Of a stretch of 64,000 nucleotides of DNA, positions 10,772 to 24,700 are shown in pieces (position 1 is the first letter of the stretch; each line of letters opens with the position of its first letter). This DNA comes from Anaeramoeba ignava BMAN (lineage: Eukaryota > Protista > Anaeramoebae). The translations under genes were made by a program, and so were the position numbers. Location: NCBI GenBank assembly GCA_028826165.1, contig JAPDFW010000106.1:149491-213490 (forward strand), written 5' to 3'. The notes under the pieces are model-generated. The model did no database searches and was not told the origin of the DNA. It saw only the letters and a program-made list of their open reading frames with translations.

Positions 10772-13700
10772 TTATTTTTCTAATCTTTCAAGTGTCCAAT
10801 TTCCTTTTTCTTGAATATCTTTATTATTTGGGAAATTATTCATTGCTTTTTTAATTAATTCATTTCCATTTAATTTTTTAATTTCTTCTTGATTTTCTTT
10901 TTATTTTTTTGTTATAAATTTGAAAAAATTAAATTAATAAATTTTAATTTAATTTTCATTTTTTAAATTGATAAAAATATTTTACCATCATTATTAAAAG
11001 AAATATTATTTAAAGCCCAAATTCCATGTTTTTGAATATCTTGATTATTTGGGAAATTATTCATTGATTTAATTATTACTGAAATTCCATCTTTTTTTCC
11101 AATTTCAATTTTATTTTCTTTTTATTTATTTTTGATTTGGATTTTAAATTAATAAATTAATAAATTATTTAATTATTCCAAAAAAGGTTTTTAAATTAAT
11201 AAAAATATTTTACCATTATTATTAAAAGAAATGTTTTTTAAAGCCCAACATCCTTGTTTTTGGATATCTTCATTATTTGGGAAATTATTCATTGATTTAA
11301 TTATTGTTGATATTCCTTCTTTTTTTCCAATTTCAATTCGATTTTCTTTTTATTTATTTTGATTTGGATTTTAAATAAATTATTTAATTATTTAATTATT
11401 TATTCCAAAAAAAAGGTTTTTAAATTGATAAAAATATTTTACCATCATTAAAAGAAATATTTTTTAAAGCCCAACATCCATTTTTTTGAATATCTTGATT
11501 ATTTGGGAAATTATTCATTGATTTAATTATTGTTGAAATTCCATCTTTTTTTCTAATTTCAATTTCATTTTCTTTTTATTTATTTTTGATTTGGATTTTA
11601 AATTAATAAATTAATAAATTATTTAATTATTCCAAAAAAGGTTTTTAAATTGATAAAATTATTTTACCATCATTTACAGAAATATTAATAAAAGCTTGAC
11701 AAGAATAATTTTGAATATCTTGATTATTTGGGAAATTATTCATTGATTTAATTATTGTTGATATTCCTTCTTTTTTTCCAATTTCAATTTGATTTTCTTT
11801 TTATTTATTTTGATTTGGATTTTAAATAAATTATTTAATTATTTAATTATTCCTTCCAAAAAAAAGGTTTTTAAATTAATAAAAATATTTTACCATCATT
11901 ATTAAAAGAAATATTATTTAAAGCCCAAATTCCATATTTTTGAATATCTTCATTATTTGGGAAATTATTCATTGATTTAATTATTGTTGAAATTCCTTCT
12001 TTTTTTCTAATTTCAATTTGATTTTCTTTTTATTTATTTTTGATTTGGATTTTAAATTAATAAATTAATAAATTATTTAATTATTCCAAAAAAAAGTTTT
12101 TAAATTGATAAAAATATTTTACCATCATTATTTGCAGAAATATTAATAAAAGCTTGACAAGAATAATTTTGAATATCTTGATTATTTGGGAAATTATTCA
12201 TTGATTTAATTATTGTTGAAATTCCATCTTTTTTTCCAATTTCAATTCGATTTTCTTTTTATTTATTTTTGATTTGGATTTTAAATTAATAAATTATTTA
12301 ATTATTCCTTCCAAAAAAAAGGTTTTTAAATTAATAAAATAGTTTTTACCATGATCTCCAACAGAAAAATTATGTAAAATAAAACATCCATTTTGTTGAA
12401 TTTTTTCATTTAATTGAAATTCTTTCATCCATTGAATTGTTTTTTCAATATTAATATCTTCTTCAATTTTAATTTCTTTTTTTTAAATTTAATTTTAATT
12501 TTAATTATAATTTTAATTTAGGAAATAAATTACCAGAAATTTTTCCTTCTTTTTGTTCTCGAAAATTTTGTAAATTAATTTGTATTTTTCTTTCTTCTTT
12601 TATTCTAACTTTGTTTTCTCTTTTTTCTAATTCAATTTTATTTTGATTTAAATCATTTTCTTTTTCTTCCAATTTTTGTTGTTTTTGATTCATTTCATTT
12701 TCTTTTTGTAAATTTTCATTTTTCTTTTGATTTAATTTTTGTTTTTTTTGATTTAAATGATTTTCTTTTTCTTGTATTTTTTGTTCTCTTTTTTCTAATT
12801 GAGTTTTATTTTGATTTACTTGATTTTCTTTTTCTTCCAATTTTTGTTGTTTTTGATTCATTTCATTTTCTTTTTGTAAATTTTCATTTTTCTTTTGATT
12901 TAATTTTTGTTGTTTTTGATTTAAATGATTTTCTTTTTCTTGTATTTTTTGTTCTCTTTTTTCTAATTGAGTTTTATTTTGATTTAAATGATTTTCTTTT
13001 TGTGTTAAATTTTTTGCAATTGATTTTAATGTTTCCACTTTTTCATCTAATAAATCAACAAAAAAATTAGATGGAAATAATTGAAATAATTGTGTTTTTT
13101 CAATTTTTTGAATTTCTTCTTTTGTAATTTGTTTCTTTTCTTGAATTTTAATTAAAATTTCATAAATAGTTTTTTTAATTGAATTTGATTTTAAATTTGA
13201 ATTTAAATTTGATTCTTCTTGAAAAGATTGATTAAAATTGAGTTTATTATTTTTCATCCATTCAATAATGATTTCTTGAATTAAATTTGTTTGATCTCTT
13301 CCAAAATTTGAAATTAAAAAATCAATAATATTTAAGAATTCATTTGTTTTTAATTTTGAAATTTCTTTTTTTTGAAGAAGATTATTGTAATTTTTAAGAA
13401 CAAATTTTTGACAAATTTCTAAAAGAAAATTTGAATGAATTTCTTTTGATTTTGAAAATATTTCAAATATATTATTTTGATTAATAATTGGTTCAATTTC
13501 TTTTTCAATTTTAATTTTTAATTTTTCTAATCTAATTATATCAGCAAATTTAAAATATTTTTCGAATTCTTGATGATTAATATTGATTTCACCTTCATAA
13601 ATATATTTGATTATTGGTTCAACAATTTCAAAATCGAATTCTTTAAAATAAATTTGATTTTCTCCTTTTTCTTTTGTAAATAAATCAAAAAATGAACTTC

Positions 13701-14022
13701 TTGTATTTAAAATGATTTTGTGGCATTTTATTGAGTTTTCTTTCTTATTTTCTTTCTTGTTTTCTTTTTCATTTTCTTTCTTATTTTCTTTCTTCTTTTC
13801 TTTCTCATTTTCTTTCTCATTTTCTTTCTTGTTTTGTTTCTTCTTTTCTTTACAATAAATTGTAAAATCTGTAAATTGTTTTTGAGTTTGATAAATTTTT
13901 GAAAAATTAAGTGATTGTTCTTTAAGTAAAATATTATTAATTTCTTTGATTGATAATTTGTATAATTCTTTTAAGTTTTCTGTGTTATTGTTATTATTAT
14001 TATTATTATTATTGTTATTCAT
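10772..14022 (-). CDS. BTB - coiled coil - armadillo repeat protein (gene A); exons 14022-12534, 12475-12350, 12254-12123, 12025-11894, 11796-11668, 11571-11443, 11345-11214, 11117-10986, 10896-10772
   Basis: BTB (TDFTIYC...CHKIILNTRSSFF...IKYIYEG). All introns are GT-AG phase 1 and internal exons are 126-132 nt, each encoding one repeat ENxIEIxKKxGISxIIKSMNNFPNNxDIQxxxxxAxxNIS. TAA at 10772-10774. Confidence 0.88.
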
Positions 14023-14115
14023 TTTGTAATTTTCTTTTTTTTTTTTAAAAGAAAAAAAATGAAAAAAAAAAGGAAAATTAGAAAAAAAGGAAAAAAAAGG
14101 AAAAAAAAGGAAAAA

Positions 14116-15215
14116 AATTTAAAAATATAATTTAATATTTAATTTAATGTTTAAAATAATAATTTAATGTTTTAGATTTAAATATTCTATTATTTAAATA
14201 TTTAACATATAAATATAAAAAATAAGAATAGATTTAATTTAATATTTAATTTATAAATCAATTTAAAAATATAATTTAATATTTAATTTTATGTTTAAAA
14301 TAATAATTTAATGTTTTAGATTTAAATATTTTATTATTTAAATATTTAACATAAAAATATAAAAATAAGAATAGATTTAATTTAATATTCAATTAATAAA
14401 TTAATTTAAAATTATAATTTAATATTTAATTTTATTATTAAAATAATAATTTAATGTTTTAGATTTAAATATTTTATTAATTAAAAATTGAAAATATTTT
14501 AACAAATAAATATAAAAAATAAGAATAGATTTAATTTAATATTTAATTTATAAATTAATTTAAAAATATAATTTAATATTTAATTTTATTATTAAAATAA
14601 TAATTTATTGTTTTAAATTTAAATATTTTATTATTTAAATATTTAACATATAAATATAAAAATAAGAATAAGTTTAATTTAATATTTAATTTATAAATCA
14701 ATTTAAAAAAATATAATTTAATATTTAATTTCATGTTTAAAATAATAATTTATTGTTTTAGATTTAAATATTTTATTATTTAAATATTTAACATATAAAT
14801 ATAAAAATGAAAATAGATTTAATTTAATATTTAATTTATAAAATAATTTAAAAATATAATTTAATACTTAATTTTATGTTTAAAATAATAATTTAATGTT
14901 TTAAATTTAAATATTTTATTATTTAAATATTCATCATATAAATATAAAAATAAGAATATATTTAATTTAATATTTAATTTATAAATCAATTTAAAAATAT
15001 ACTTTTAATTAATAATTTTATGTTTAAAATGATAATTTATTGTTTTAGATTTAAATATTTTATTATTTAAAAATTTAACATATAAATATAAAAAATGAGA
15101 ATAGATTTAATTTATAAATTAATTTATAAATTAATTTAAAAATATAATTTAATATTTAATTTCATGTTTAAAATAATAATTTAATGTTTTAGATTTAATT
15201 ATTTTATTATTTAAA
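14116..15215. repeat. AT-rich tandem repeat, ~145-bp unit, ~8 copies, intergenic
   Basis: Anchor 'aaaatataatttaatatttaat' (with variants) recurs at ~14121, 14266, 14408, 14563, 14708, 14851, 14994 and 15139. Confidence 0.85.
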
Positions 15216-15398
15216 AATTGATTTTTTTGAAATTAAAATTTTATCTTTTTTTTTGAATTAAATTGAATTAGTATTAATTTGGAAATTTGTTTTTAAAATT
15301 TAAATTTGTTAATAATTTTTAAATTCCAAATAATTAAAATAATTTTCCATTTTTTTTTCCTTTTTCATTTTTTTTTTGCTTTTTTTTTTTGTTTTTGA

Positions 15399-17700
15399 AT
15401 GTCTGGTCTTGATATTGAAGGATTTTCTATTTCAACATCACAATCTGAACAAGAAACACAAAAAGAAATTCAAAATCAAAATGAAAATGAAAATGATTTA
15501 ACAGGTAAATTTAATTAAAATTAATTAAAATAAATAAAATAAAATAATAATAAAATAATAATAAAATAATCAATTGAAGACACAAGTTTTAATGAAGATG
15601 ATATTCATTTACTTGAAGATAATCCAATTTTACCACAAAAAAATAAAAGAAATTTTGCAGTTAGTGAAATTCTTGATACTGAAAGATCTTATGTTGATTT
15701 TTTAACTATTATTGTTGAGGTTGATTTAATTAAAAAATTAAAATAAATTTAAAATATAAAAAAATTAATTTAATTTAATTTAATTTAAAAGGAAATAAAA
15801 CCAGATTTCGAAAAATTTATGAAGGAAAATAAAATAACAGAAATAGATACTCGTATTATTTTTGCAGATATTTTACCAATCTTTCAAGTTTGTGGAAATT
15901 ATTGTTTTTAAAAAAAAAAAGAAAAATCCAAAAATAAATTTAAATTAAATATTTTTTTAAAAAATATAAATTAATAATAAAAACAAAAAGGTAAATAAAT
16001 CACTTTTTGAACATCTTGAAAAATCATTTGAACGTGAAAAAGAAGATTGTCAAATTGGAGAAATTTTTTGTCATTTTGTAAGTTTTTTTTTTAATAATTA
16101 TATTTATTTTTATTTATATTTTTATATTTATTTTTAAAGATTCCTTTTTTAAAGATTTACAAAAATTATATTGAAAATTATACAACTATTGAAAACCTAA
16201 TTAAAGGATTCAAGAAAAAAGAACAATTTTCTACATGGTTACAAGTAAAAAAATTAATAAAATTTAAATTTAAAATTTTTAAAATTAATAAAATTTTCAA
16301 AAGTCAATTCCTCATAAATATACATTAGATTTAAGTAGTTTGCTTATTATGCCTGTTCAAAGATTACCTCGTTATAAACTTTTACTTGAAGTATTATTAT
16401 AAAAAGAAAATTTGATTAATTATTAATTATTAATTATTAATTATTAATTATTAGGAAGTTCTCAAAAAAACAGATAAAAATCATTTTGATTATGATAAAT
16501 TAATTGAAGCATTTGAAAAAATATCACTTGTTAATGAAGAAATTAATCATTCAATAACAAAAAAAGAACAAATGCAAAAAATTATTAAAATTCAAAAAAA
16601 ATTTAATAATTCACAACTTGTAAAATTTTTTAGAAAGAAAAAAAATTTATTTAAATTATGTTTTGTCTTGTTAAAATCAACTCTCTTTTTTTTACAAAAT
16701 GATTATTTTAATAGAATCTTGTTGAACCTCATCGAATATTTCTTCAAAAAGGAAATTTTTTGATAATTTCTCATAAAGAGGAATTAAAACGATATTATTT
16801 TATTTTTAATGATCTTCTTGTTATTGCATCAAGAAATTTCAAAATTTATCAATCTGAACATTCTTTTCCTTTTAGTTCAATTAAACTTAAAGATTCTGAT
16901 TCTTATGGTTTGATTTTTTTTTAAAAAACAAAAACAAAAATTTAGAAAAATGAATTAATGAATGAATTAATGAATTAAACAAATTTTTTTTAGAAAATCC
17001 AACTTCCTTTGAAATTTTAGGTCCAAAAACTTCAGTAATTGCAAAAGCAAATTCAATTCAAGAAAAAGATAGTTTTTTGGATACTGTTAGAAAAGCTGCT
17101 CGTGAATATTGGGAAGGACAAAAAAGTTTTAAGAGAATAAATCAAGAGAAAAGTAAATTAGCACCAATTTGGATTCCTGATAAAGATAAACTTTATTGTC
17201 AAATATGTGATATTTATTTTACAACATTTGTGAGAAAAGTAAAATTCAAAAATTTTTTTCCAAAAACATGAAATTTAAAAATTTTTCCAAAAACATGAAA
17301 TTTATAAAAAAAAAAGCATCATTGTAGAGTTTGTGGAGATATTATTTGTAATTCTTGTTCCAAAACAAGACTTATTATTCAAGAAATTAATTCTAAACCA
17401 GTTCGAGTTTGTGATAATTGTGCAGCTAAATTTAATACTGAAAAAAAAGTGAAATTTACAGAAACAGATTCACTTCTTCAACCTCAAAAAAAGAAATCAG
17501 TGAAAAATTTGAAACAAACATTTTCATTATTTGATATGTCTTGGGTAATTGTGAAAAATCCTAAAGTTCAAACAAAGGTTCAAATACAAAAAATGACTAG
17601 AACTATTTCTGAAAGTTTAGCAATTACTAAAGGTCTTTCTGAAAAAAGAGTTAAAAGAACTCCTTTAGATCTTGATTTTTGGGTTGATTTTCGATTTTAA
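15399..17700 (+). CDS. FGD/frabin-like RhoGEF (DH-PH-FYVE), many short introns
   Basis: DH motifs EILDTERSYVDFL and LLIMPVQRLPRYKLLL; PH YYFIFNDLLVI; FYVE WIPD...CQIC...RK|HHCRVCGDIICNSCS...VRVCDNC. Confidence 0.88.
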
Positions 17701-17769
17701 TTTTTTTCTTCTTCTTCTTTTAATTATTACTTTCTTTGAATTAAGGAAGATTATTTTAATTAAAAAAAT

Positions 17770-18270
17770 TTAATTTTAATTTTAATTTTAATTTTATTTC
17801 TAATTATGATTTTAATTTTAATTTTAATTTTAATTTTAATTTTAATTTTAATTTTAATTTTATTTCTAATTTTAATTTTGATTTTAATTTTAATTTTAAT
17901 TTTAATAATAATTTTAATTTTGATTTTGATTTTAATTTTAATTTTAATTTTAATTTTAATTTTAATTTTAATTTTAATTTTAATTTTAATTTTAATTTTG
18001 ATTTTAATTTTAATTTTAATTTTAATTTTAATTTTAAATTTTTTAATTTTAATTTTAATTTTAATTTTAATTTTAATTTTAATTTTAATTTTAATTTTAA
18101 TTTTAATTTTTAATTTTAATTTTAATTTTAATTTTAATTTTAATTTTAATTTTAATTTTAATTTTAATTTTAATTTTAATTTTAATTTTAATTTTAATTT
18201 TAATTTTTTTTATGATTTTAATTTTAATTTTAATTTTAATTTTAATTTTAGTTTTAATTTTAGTTTTATA
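17770..18270. repeat. (TTTTAA)n hexamer microsatellite between convergent genes
   Basis: Direct reading; source of the poly-IL ORF. Confidence 0.9.
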
Positions 18271-18272
18271 AA

Positions 18273-18302
18273 TTAATTTTGATTTGTATTTTGATTTGTA
18301 TT

Positions 18303-18342
<40 letters not shown>

Positions 18343-19214
18343 AAATAATTTCTAATAAAAGCTCTAGATCTTAAATCTGATTGTCTAATTGGTTCAGGAA
18401 CACGAAATTTACAACAACTCAAAACAATATCAATAGAAGAATCCAAATCAATATTATGACCAATAGAAACAAAAATAGGTTGAGTAATTTTAGGATTTGA
18501 TTGAACAGCAGCGCCATGAATAGTTCCAGAATTTCCAACCAATTTTAAAAACTTTAAATTATTTTTAATTAAATTTTCAAATTGAGGTTTAACTTGTGAT
18601 TTTTTCAATCCATCCATTTCAAATAATTTTTTTCCAACTCCAATTGTGGAAATATTCAATCCATTATTATCCAAAAGAACTCCCAAATGGGAAGCAAGGC
18701 CGAAGCCTCTTGGATGAAGAATTCCGTTGCCATCAACAAGAATAACTTCGGGAATATTTTTTGGATCGTTTTGTGAAAATTCATATATTAAATTATAAAG
18801 TGGTTCTGCCTCTCGAAATGCTAAAAATCCTGGAATATATGGTTGATCTAATGTTATCCATTGGTTTTTTTCATAAATTATTGTGTCTAATTCTGGATAA
18901 TTTAAAACTATAAAACTTGCAACTGCGTCTTTGTCATTTCCTTTAATAAAACTTATATCAACTCCTCCAATTCGTTTTATTTTTGATTTATCAATTTTTT
19001 GTGTTGTATTAAGTTTTTTTTTCAATTCTATTTGTTCTCTTTTTTAAAATGAAATTTTATTATTGAAATTTTTAATTTGATTTTTAATTAAAATTTTTAT
19101 TTGAATTTTTTTATTTGATTTTTTATTTGAATTTTTTAATTGAATTTTTAATTTGAATTCTTAATTTTACTTTTTCCATTTGTTTTTTGATAATTCAATG
19201 TTTTGTTTTGACAT
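18273..19214 (-). CDS. ENDOV: Endonuclease V; exon 1 19214-19171, exon 2 19038-18273
   Basis: GGVDISF, PYIPGFLAFRE, VDGNGILHPRGFGLASHLG, GVGKKL, PIFVSIGH, PEPIRQSDLRSR. Splicing gives MSKQNIELSKNKWKKEQIELKKKL. Confidence 0.95.
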
Positions 19215-19311
19215 TTTGTTTTTTTTTTAAAAATAAAAATGAAAATATTTTTTTTCATTTTTTTCATTTTTTTCATTTTTTTCATTTTTTTCTTTTTTTT
19301 ATTTTTAAAAA

Positions 19312-21670
19312 ATGAATGATGCTGCAATAAGAAAAAAATTTGGATTACCAAAAACAGAAAAAAAAATAGAAGATTATTCATGTGCATTAAATAGGAAGAT
19401 TCTTTTGCATGGAAGAATATATTTGACTACAAATTATATATGTTTTTATTCAAATGTATTTGGACATACAACTCAAGTTGTAATTCCAATTAAAGATATT
19501 GTTTCAATTAAGAAAAAACACTTAATCAAAATGCTTCCTAATTCAATTAAAATTACTACAAAATCTGAAAGTTTTTTTTTCACTTCTTTTTTATATCGTG
19601 ATCGTGCTTATAAAAATCTTGCTATGATTTTTTCTGCTTCAAAACATTTGCAAAATCAAGAAAATTTTTCTTTTAATTCTTTACTTGAAAGTTCAACTGA
19701 AAGTTCAATTCAAAATTTAAATCAAAATTTACTTGGAAATTTAATTCAAAATTCAAATGAAAATCTAATTCAAAAATCAAATTCAAATCAAAATCTAATT
19801 CAAAATTCAAATTCAAATCAAAATCTAAATTCAAATCAAAATTCAAATTCAAATCAAAATCTAAATTCAAATCAAAATTCAAATTCAAATCAAATTTTAA
19901 ATTCAAATCAAAATCAAAATTTAAATTCAAATCAAAATCTAAATTCAAATCAAAATCAAAATCAAAATCAAAATCAAAATCAAAATCAAAATCAAAATCA
20001 AAATCAAAATCAAAATCAAAATCAAAATCAAAATCAAAATCAAAATTTAATTCAAAATGAAAAAAATATTGAACAAAATGTTGATATGAAAAAATTGGAA
20101 AGAACTTTATCTACTAGACAACATATTTTTATTAAAAGTACAAAATCAATGACAAGAATTAGTCCTAGTTTAGTTACAATGAGTGGAGATTTAGAAAGAT
20201 TTGTAAAAAGAATAATTTTAATTTAAAAATAATTTCAATTCAAAAAAAAAATAATTTTAATTTAAAAATAATTTTTAGACAGAAAAATCAATTTGGAAAA
20301 AATCATTTTATGTTCTTGAAGGAATAAATCTTTTACATTTTGATAAAGAAAACCAAGAAAAACAAGGACAAATTAATCTTTTAGAAGCAGATATAAATAT
20401 TGAAGGAGATGAAACACAAAATGAAAGGAAATTTTTTATAATTAAAACAAAGGAAAAAACATTAAAATTTAGAACACAAAATCAACAAGAAATGAAAACA
20501 TGGATTCAAGCAATAGAAGAATCCAAAAAGGAATTTATTCAAAACAGAAAAAACTTCAAACGAACTAAATTAACAAATCAAATAAATCTTTCAAAAGATC
20601 AAAATAAACAAGAATTGAAAGATGAAGATTTATTAGTTTTTGGAGCAGAATTTGTTGAAAATGGCAAAACAGATAGCGTTTCTGATTCAGATGAAATTAA
20701 TAGCCAAAGTATTTTTGATGAAAGTGAAGATCAAAGTGAAAGTGAAAGTGATAATCAAATGGAAAATGATTTGGAAAATTTTCAATTCCCAGAATTTGTT
20801 TCAGCTGAATTTCAACCAATTACACTTCCAAATCCACGAGATATTTTATCACAAGAATTCGATACATCTTTAAAATTTATTTTTGAAAAAATTTATTATA
20901 AAAACGAACAATTTTTGGAAAAATATTATGCAGAAATTGAGAATACTAACCCAAAATTTAACGAATGGGAATTAGAACCAACAAAAAAGATATTACAAAG
21001 AACAATAACATACACAAGCCCTATCAAAGGAGGTGGGCCTTTCATATCACAAAAGACAGCACAAGTGACAGAAATACAGAAGCTTTTTTTTTATTCAGAT
21101 AAAAGATTTGTAATTGAAATTTTAAATAATGTTAAAAATGCTCCTTATAGTGATAGTTTTGATGTTTATGCAATTCATGATATTCAAGAAATTGCACAAA
21201 ATCGTATTTTGATTGAAATTAAAGTTGATGTGATTTTTAAAAAATCAACTCTTATAAAAAAAATCATCGAGAAAAAAGCCCTTTCAAATCATCTTCAATT
21301 TTCTCAAAAATGGGCAAATATTGTTCAAATGGAAGTTATTAATTTCAATCAAATGATTTCTTCACAAAAACAAAATGAAATTTCTTCAAAAAAATCCAAA
21401 AAAACTTCAAATCGTAAAAAAAATAATCGTAAAAAAATTCAAAATGATGAAAAAATTAAAAATTCTATTCAAGAAAAAATTGGTTATGATTCTGATTCTG
21501 ATTCTTCTTTAAAAACTTTTTCTCTTGAAAAAGATCAACAATTAATTAAAGAAAATTTGGAAATACTTCAATCATCTTATCAAACTTTTAAAATTAGTAC
21601 AATTGTTTTATTTTCACTTCTTTTTTTAATAATAATTGAACTTATTTTTATGAATTCTTTTCATCAATAA
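19312..21670 (+). CDS. LAM/Aster (GRAMD1)-like lipid transfer protein: GRAM - PH - VASt - C-terminal TM; intron 20203-20278
   Basis: GRAM YSCALNRKILLHGRIYLTTNYICFYSNVFG; PH SGDLERF...WKNHFYVL...MKTWIQAI; VASt VKNAPYSDSFDV and FKKSTLIKKIIE; hydrophobic tail IVLFSLLFLIIIELI. Confidence 0.85.
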
Positions 21671-21774
21671 TTAAAAAAAAAAGAAAAGAAATTTATTTTT
21701 TGTTTTTGTTTTTTTTAATTTTGAAAGCAAATCAAAATTTTGCTTTTTGTTTTGTTTTGTTTTTTTAGAATTTT

Positions 21775-24700
21775 TTAAAATTTCTTTTGAATTTCTTTAA
21801 TTTGATTAAACCAAAGTTGATGTTCTGAATTATTTTGAAATGAAATTATTGTAATTGAATTATTATGAACCTTTTGAAAATTTATTACCATTAAATTTGA
21901 GTTTTTTGGATGTTTTGATTCAGATAATTTTATTCCTGAATGTAAACTAATCAATTCAAAAATTTCAATTTGTGATTCATTATCTAAAATTGCAATAAAA
22001 TTAAGTTTTAGCATAATAATTGCAGGTTTAAATTCTTTTGATAAATGATTTTTAAAAAAACAATTAGTTTTCAAAGTATGAGGAACTGCTCCTAATTGTT
22101 TCCAAACTTGTGATAAAAATATTAATTCATTATTTTCAATTTGATTTTGATTTTGATTTTCAATTTGATTTTGATTTTGATTTTGATTTTCAATTTGATT
22201 TTGATTTTGATTTTGATTTTGATTTTGATTTTGATTTTGATTTTGATTTTGATTTTCAATTTGATTTTGATTTTCAATTTGATTTTGATTTTCAATTTGA
22301 TTTTGATTTTGATTTTGATTTTCAATTTGATTTTGATTTTTGATTAGATTTTTTTTTGATTTTCGATTTTCTTTTTTTAACTTTGGATTTTCTTTTTTCG
22401 ATTTTTGATTTTGATTTTGATTTTGATTTTGATTTTGATTTTGATTTTGATTTTCAATTTGATTTTGATTTTGATTTTGATTTTGAATTTGAATTTGATT
22501 TTCTTTTGGTTTTTGATTTTGATTTTCTTTTGGTTTTTGATTTTCTTTTGGTTTTTGATTTTGATTTTCTTTTGGTTTTTGATTTTCTTTTGGTTTTTGA
22601 TTTTGTTTTGGTTTTTGATTTTGATTTTGTTTTGATTTTTCAACTTGATTTTCAATCAAATTTTCAGTGTTTTCAACAGACATTTTAGTTGCAAAATGAG
22701 AAATAGTTTCAATATTTTGAGAAATATTTCTTTCTTTTCTAAGTTTGAATTGCATTTCAACTTTTCCAATAATTTCTTGATAAATTTCTGGTAATTTTTC
22801 TAAATTTTGAGCAACATTTTCTGTAATTTGTTGAAATTCTTTTGCATTTTTTTGTAATTTTTGAGTCATATCTTCCATACAAAATGTTGATGATTTTGGG
22901 AAAAAAGTTGTTTTTGGTTTTAAAAAAGAATCTGTTTTCCATTTTAATTCTTTTGCAATTTTTTTGAAATTTAAAATTTCCATTTTTTGAGAATTTTTTA
23001 AATTCATTTGCTTTTCAAATTCTTTTAGTTCTTGAATTGGCTAAAAAATATAAATATAATTTAAAATATTTAAATGAATAATTATCTAAATCAACTCTTT
23101 TTTTTTGGAATAATTTTTTTTTTACAATTTTGACAGCTAAATTAAAACTTGTAAATTTTGGATATTTTTCTTGAATTAATTTATCAACTGGTTGCATAAA
23201 TTCTTTTTCAGGACCAAATTCAATTCCATAACCCCAATGTTGAAGAGCAGATGAAAGTAATAATAAACCTTGTCTTTGAGATTCTGAATATTCAACTTTT
23301 TATATCAAATATTTTAATTTTGAATTTTATAAATGAATTTGAATTTTATAAATGAATTTTATAATTGAATTTTAATTTTATAAATTCTTTTGAATTGAAT
23401 TTTATAAATTAATTTTATAAATTAATTTTACAATCTATTATCCCATATATTTGAGGTGATGCTATTGCTGGACATAAAAAACGAAGGAAAATAAATCCAT
23501 TCAAAATACTCTTAGTTTTTTGAGGATGATTTTCATGCGCTGCCTTTTGAAGATAATAACAAATAACCTTCAAATGAGGAGGAAAATTATCAAGATTTGA
23601 AACAATTGAATCCATAATTTTTTCAAAATATTCCAAAACATTTTTCATATTCTCTTCCTTCTCTTGATCTGAAAGATCGAGAGTATCAACCTCTAAATTC
23701 TTTCCACTTTTGAGTATTTCCTCCAAAATTGGCTTCAAATTATTGATTAAAAATTCTGATCCAAAAAATCTTGAAAATTTGGAAAGTAATTTTGAAGCAA
23801 GATTATTTGCACGAAATAGAGTTCCTGATAAAACATTTGTGATGCATTCTCCAAAAATCATTCCTTTTAAAAATGGCAACAATAAATGAGTTTTATAAAG
23901 AATATCAAATAGTAAATTAATAAGATAATCAGGTGAATATTCAAGTGCATTTGGATTCGAAATTGCAACACAAAGCTTGATAATATCCATTGAATCCAAA
24001 CATTTACTGAGCATTTTGTTGGTTCTTCTAAGTGTTTTTTGATAATTAATAAAATCCCTTTCTTCTCTTGATAAATCATCTTTTTGAATGATTTCTTTGA
24101 AATTTTCTGAATCTTTAATAAATTTTTCAATTTTATCAATTTTTTCCATTTCAAAAGTAGAAATCAATATTTTCTTGAGAATTTCCTCAACTGAAATTTT
24201 TTTACTTTTGGAAACAATTGATTCCACAATCTAAATTTAATTTAATCAATTAATTCAATTAAAAAAAAATATTTTTTTTGATTTTTTTTTTTTTAAATCA
24301 AACTTCTTTGGAATCTTTTTTGTAGATCATTTTGAAATATTTGATTAAAATATCTTGTAAATCATCCAATTCATAATCTTCTTTCTCAATTTTACTAAAA
24401 GTAGCAATAATTTTCTTTTTCAAATTTTGATGTTCTTTATCTAAATTTAAATCAAAAAAAATCAATCAATTTAATTTTTTTCAACGGAAATTTCAATAAA
24501 TAAATAAATAATATTAAAACCTTCTATTCCATTGAAAAGTTTATCCTCTTCAAATTTAATAATGATTTGATTAACCAACTTTTCTTCAAACATTTTTTGA
24601 TATTCAAGAAAAAATATCAAACTTGAAAGTGAATAAAATTCATCAGATTTTTTTGAAATTGAAATTTTGTTTTCTTCCAAAAATTCAACTAATTTTTGAA

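Noticed and set aside
23008-23125. Apparent frameshift between RasGAP ORFs 23015-23197 and 21775-23007
   Set aside because: Resolved by a phase-0 GT-AG intron ending at 23041.
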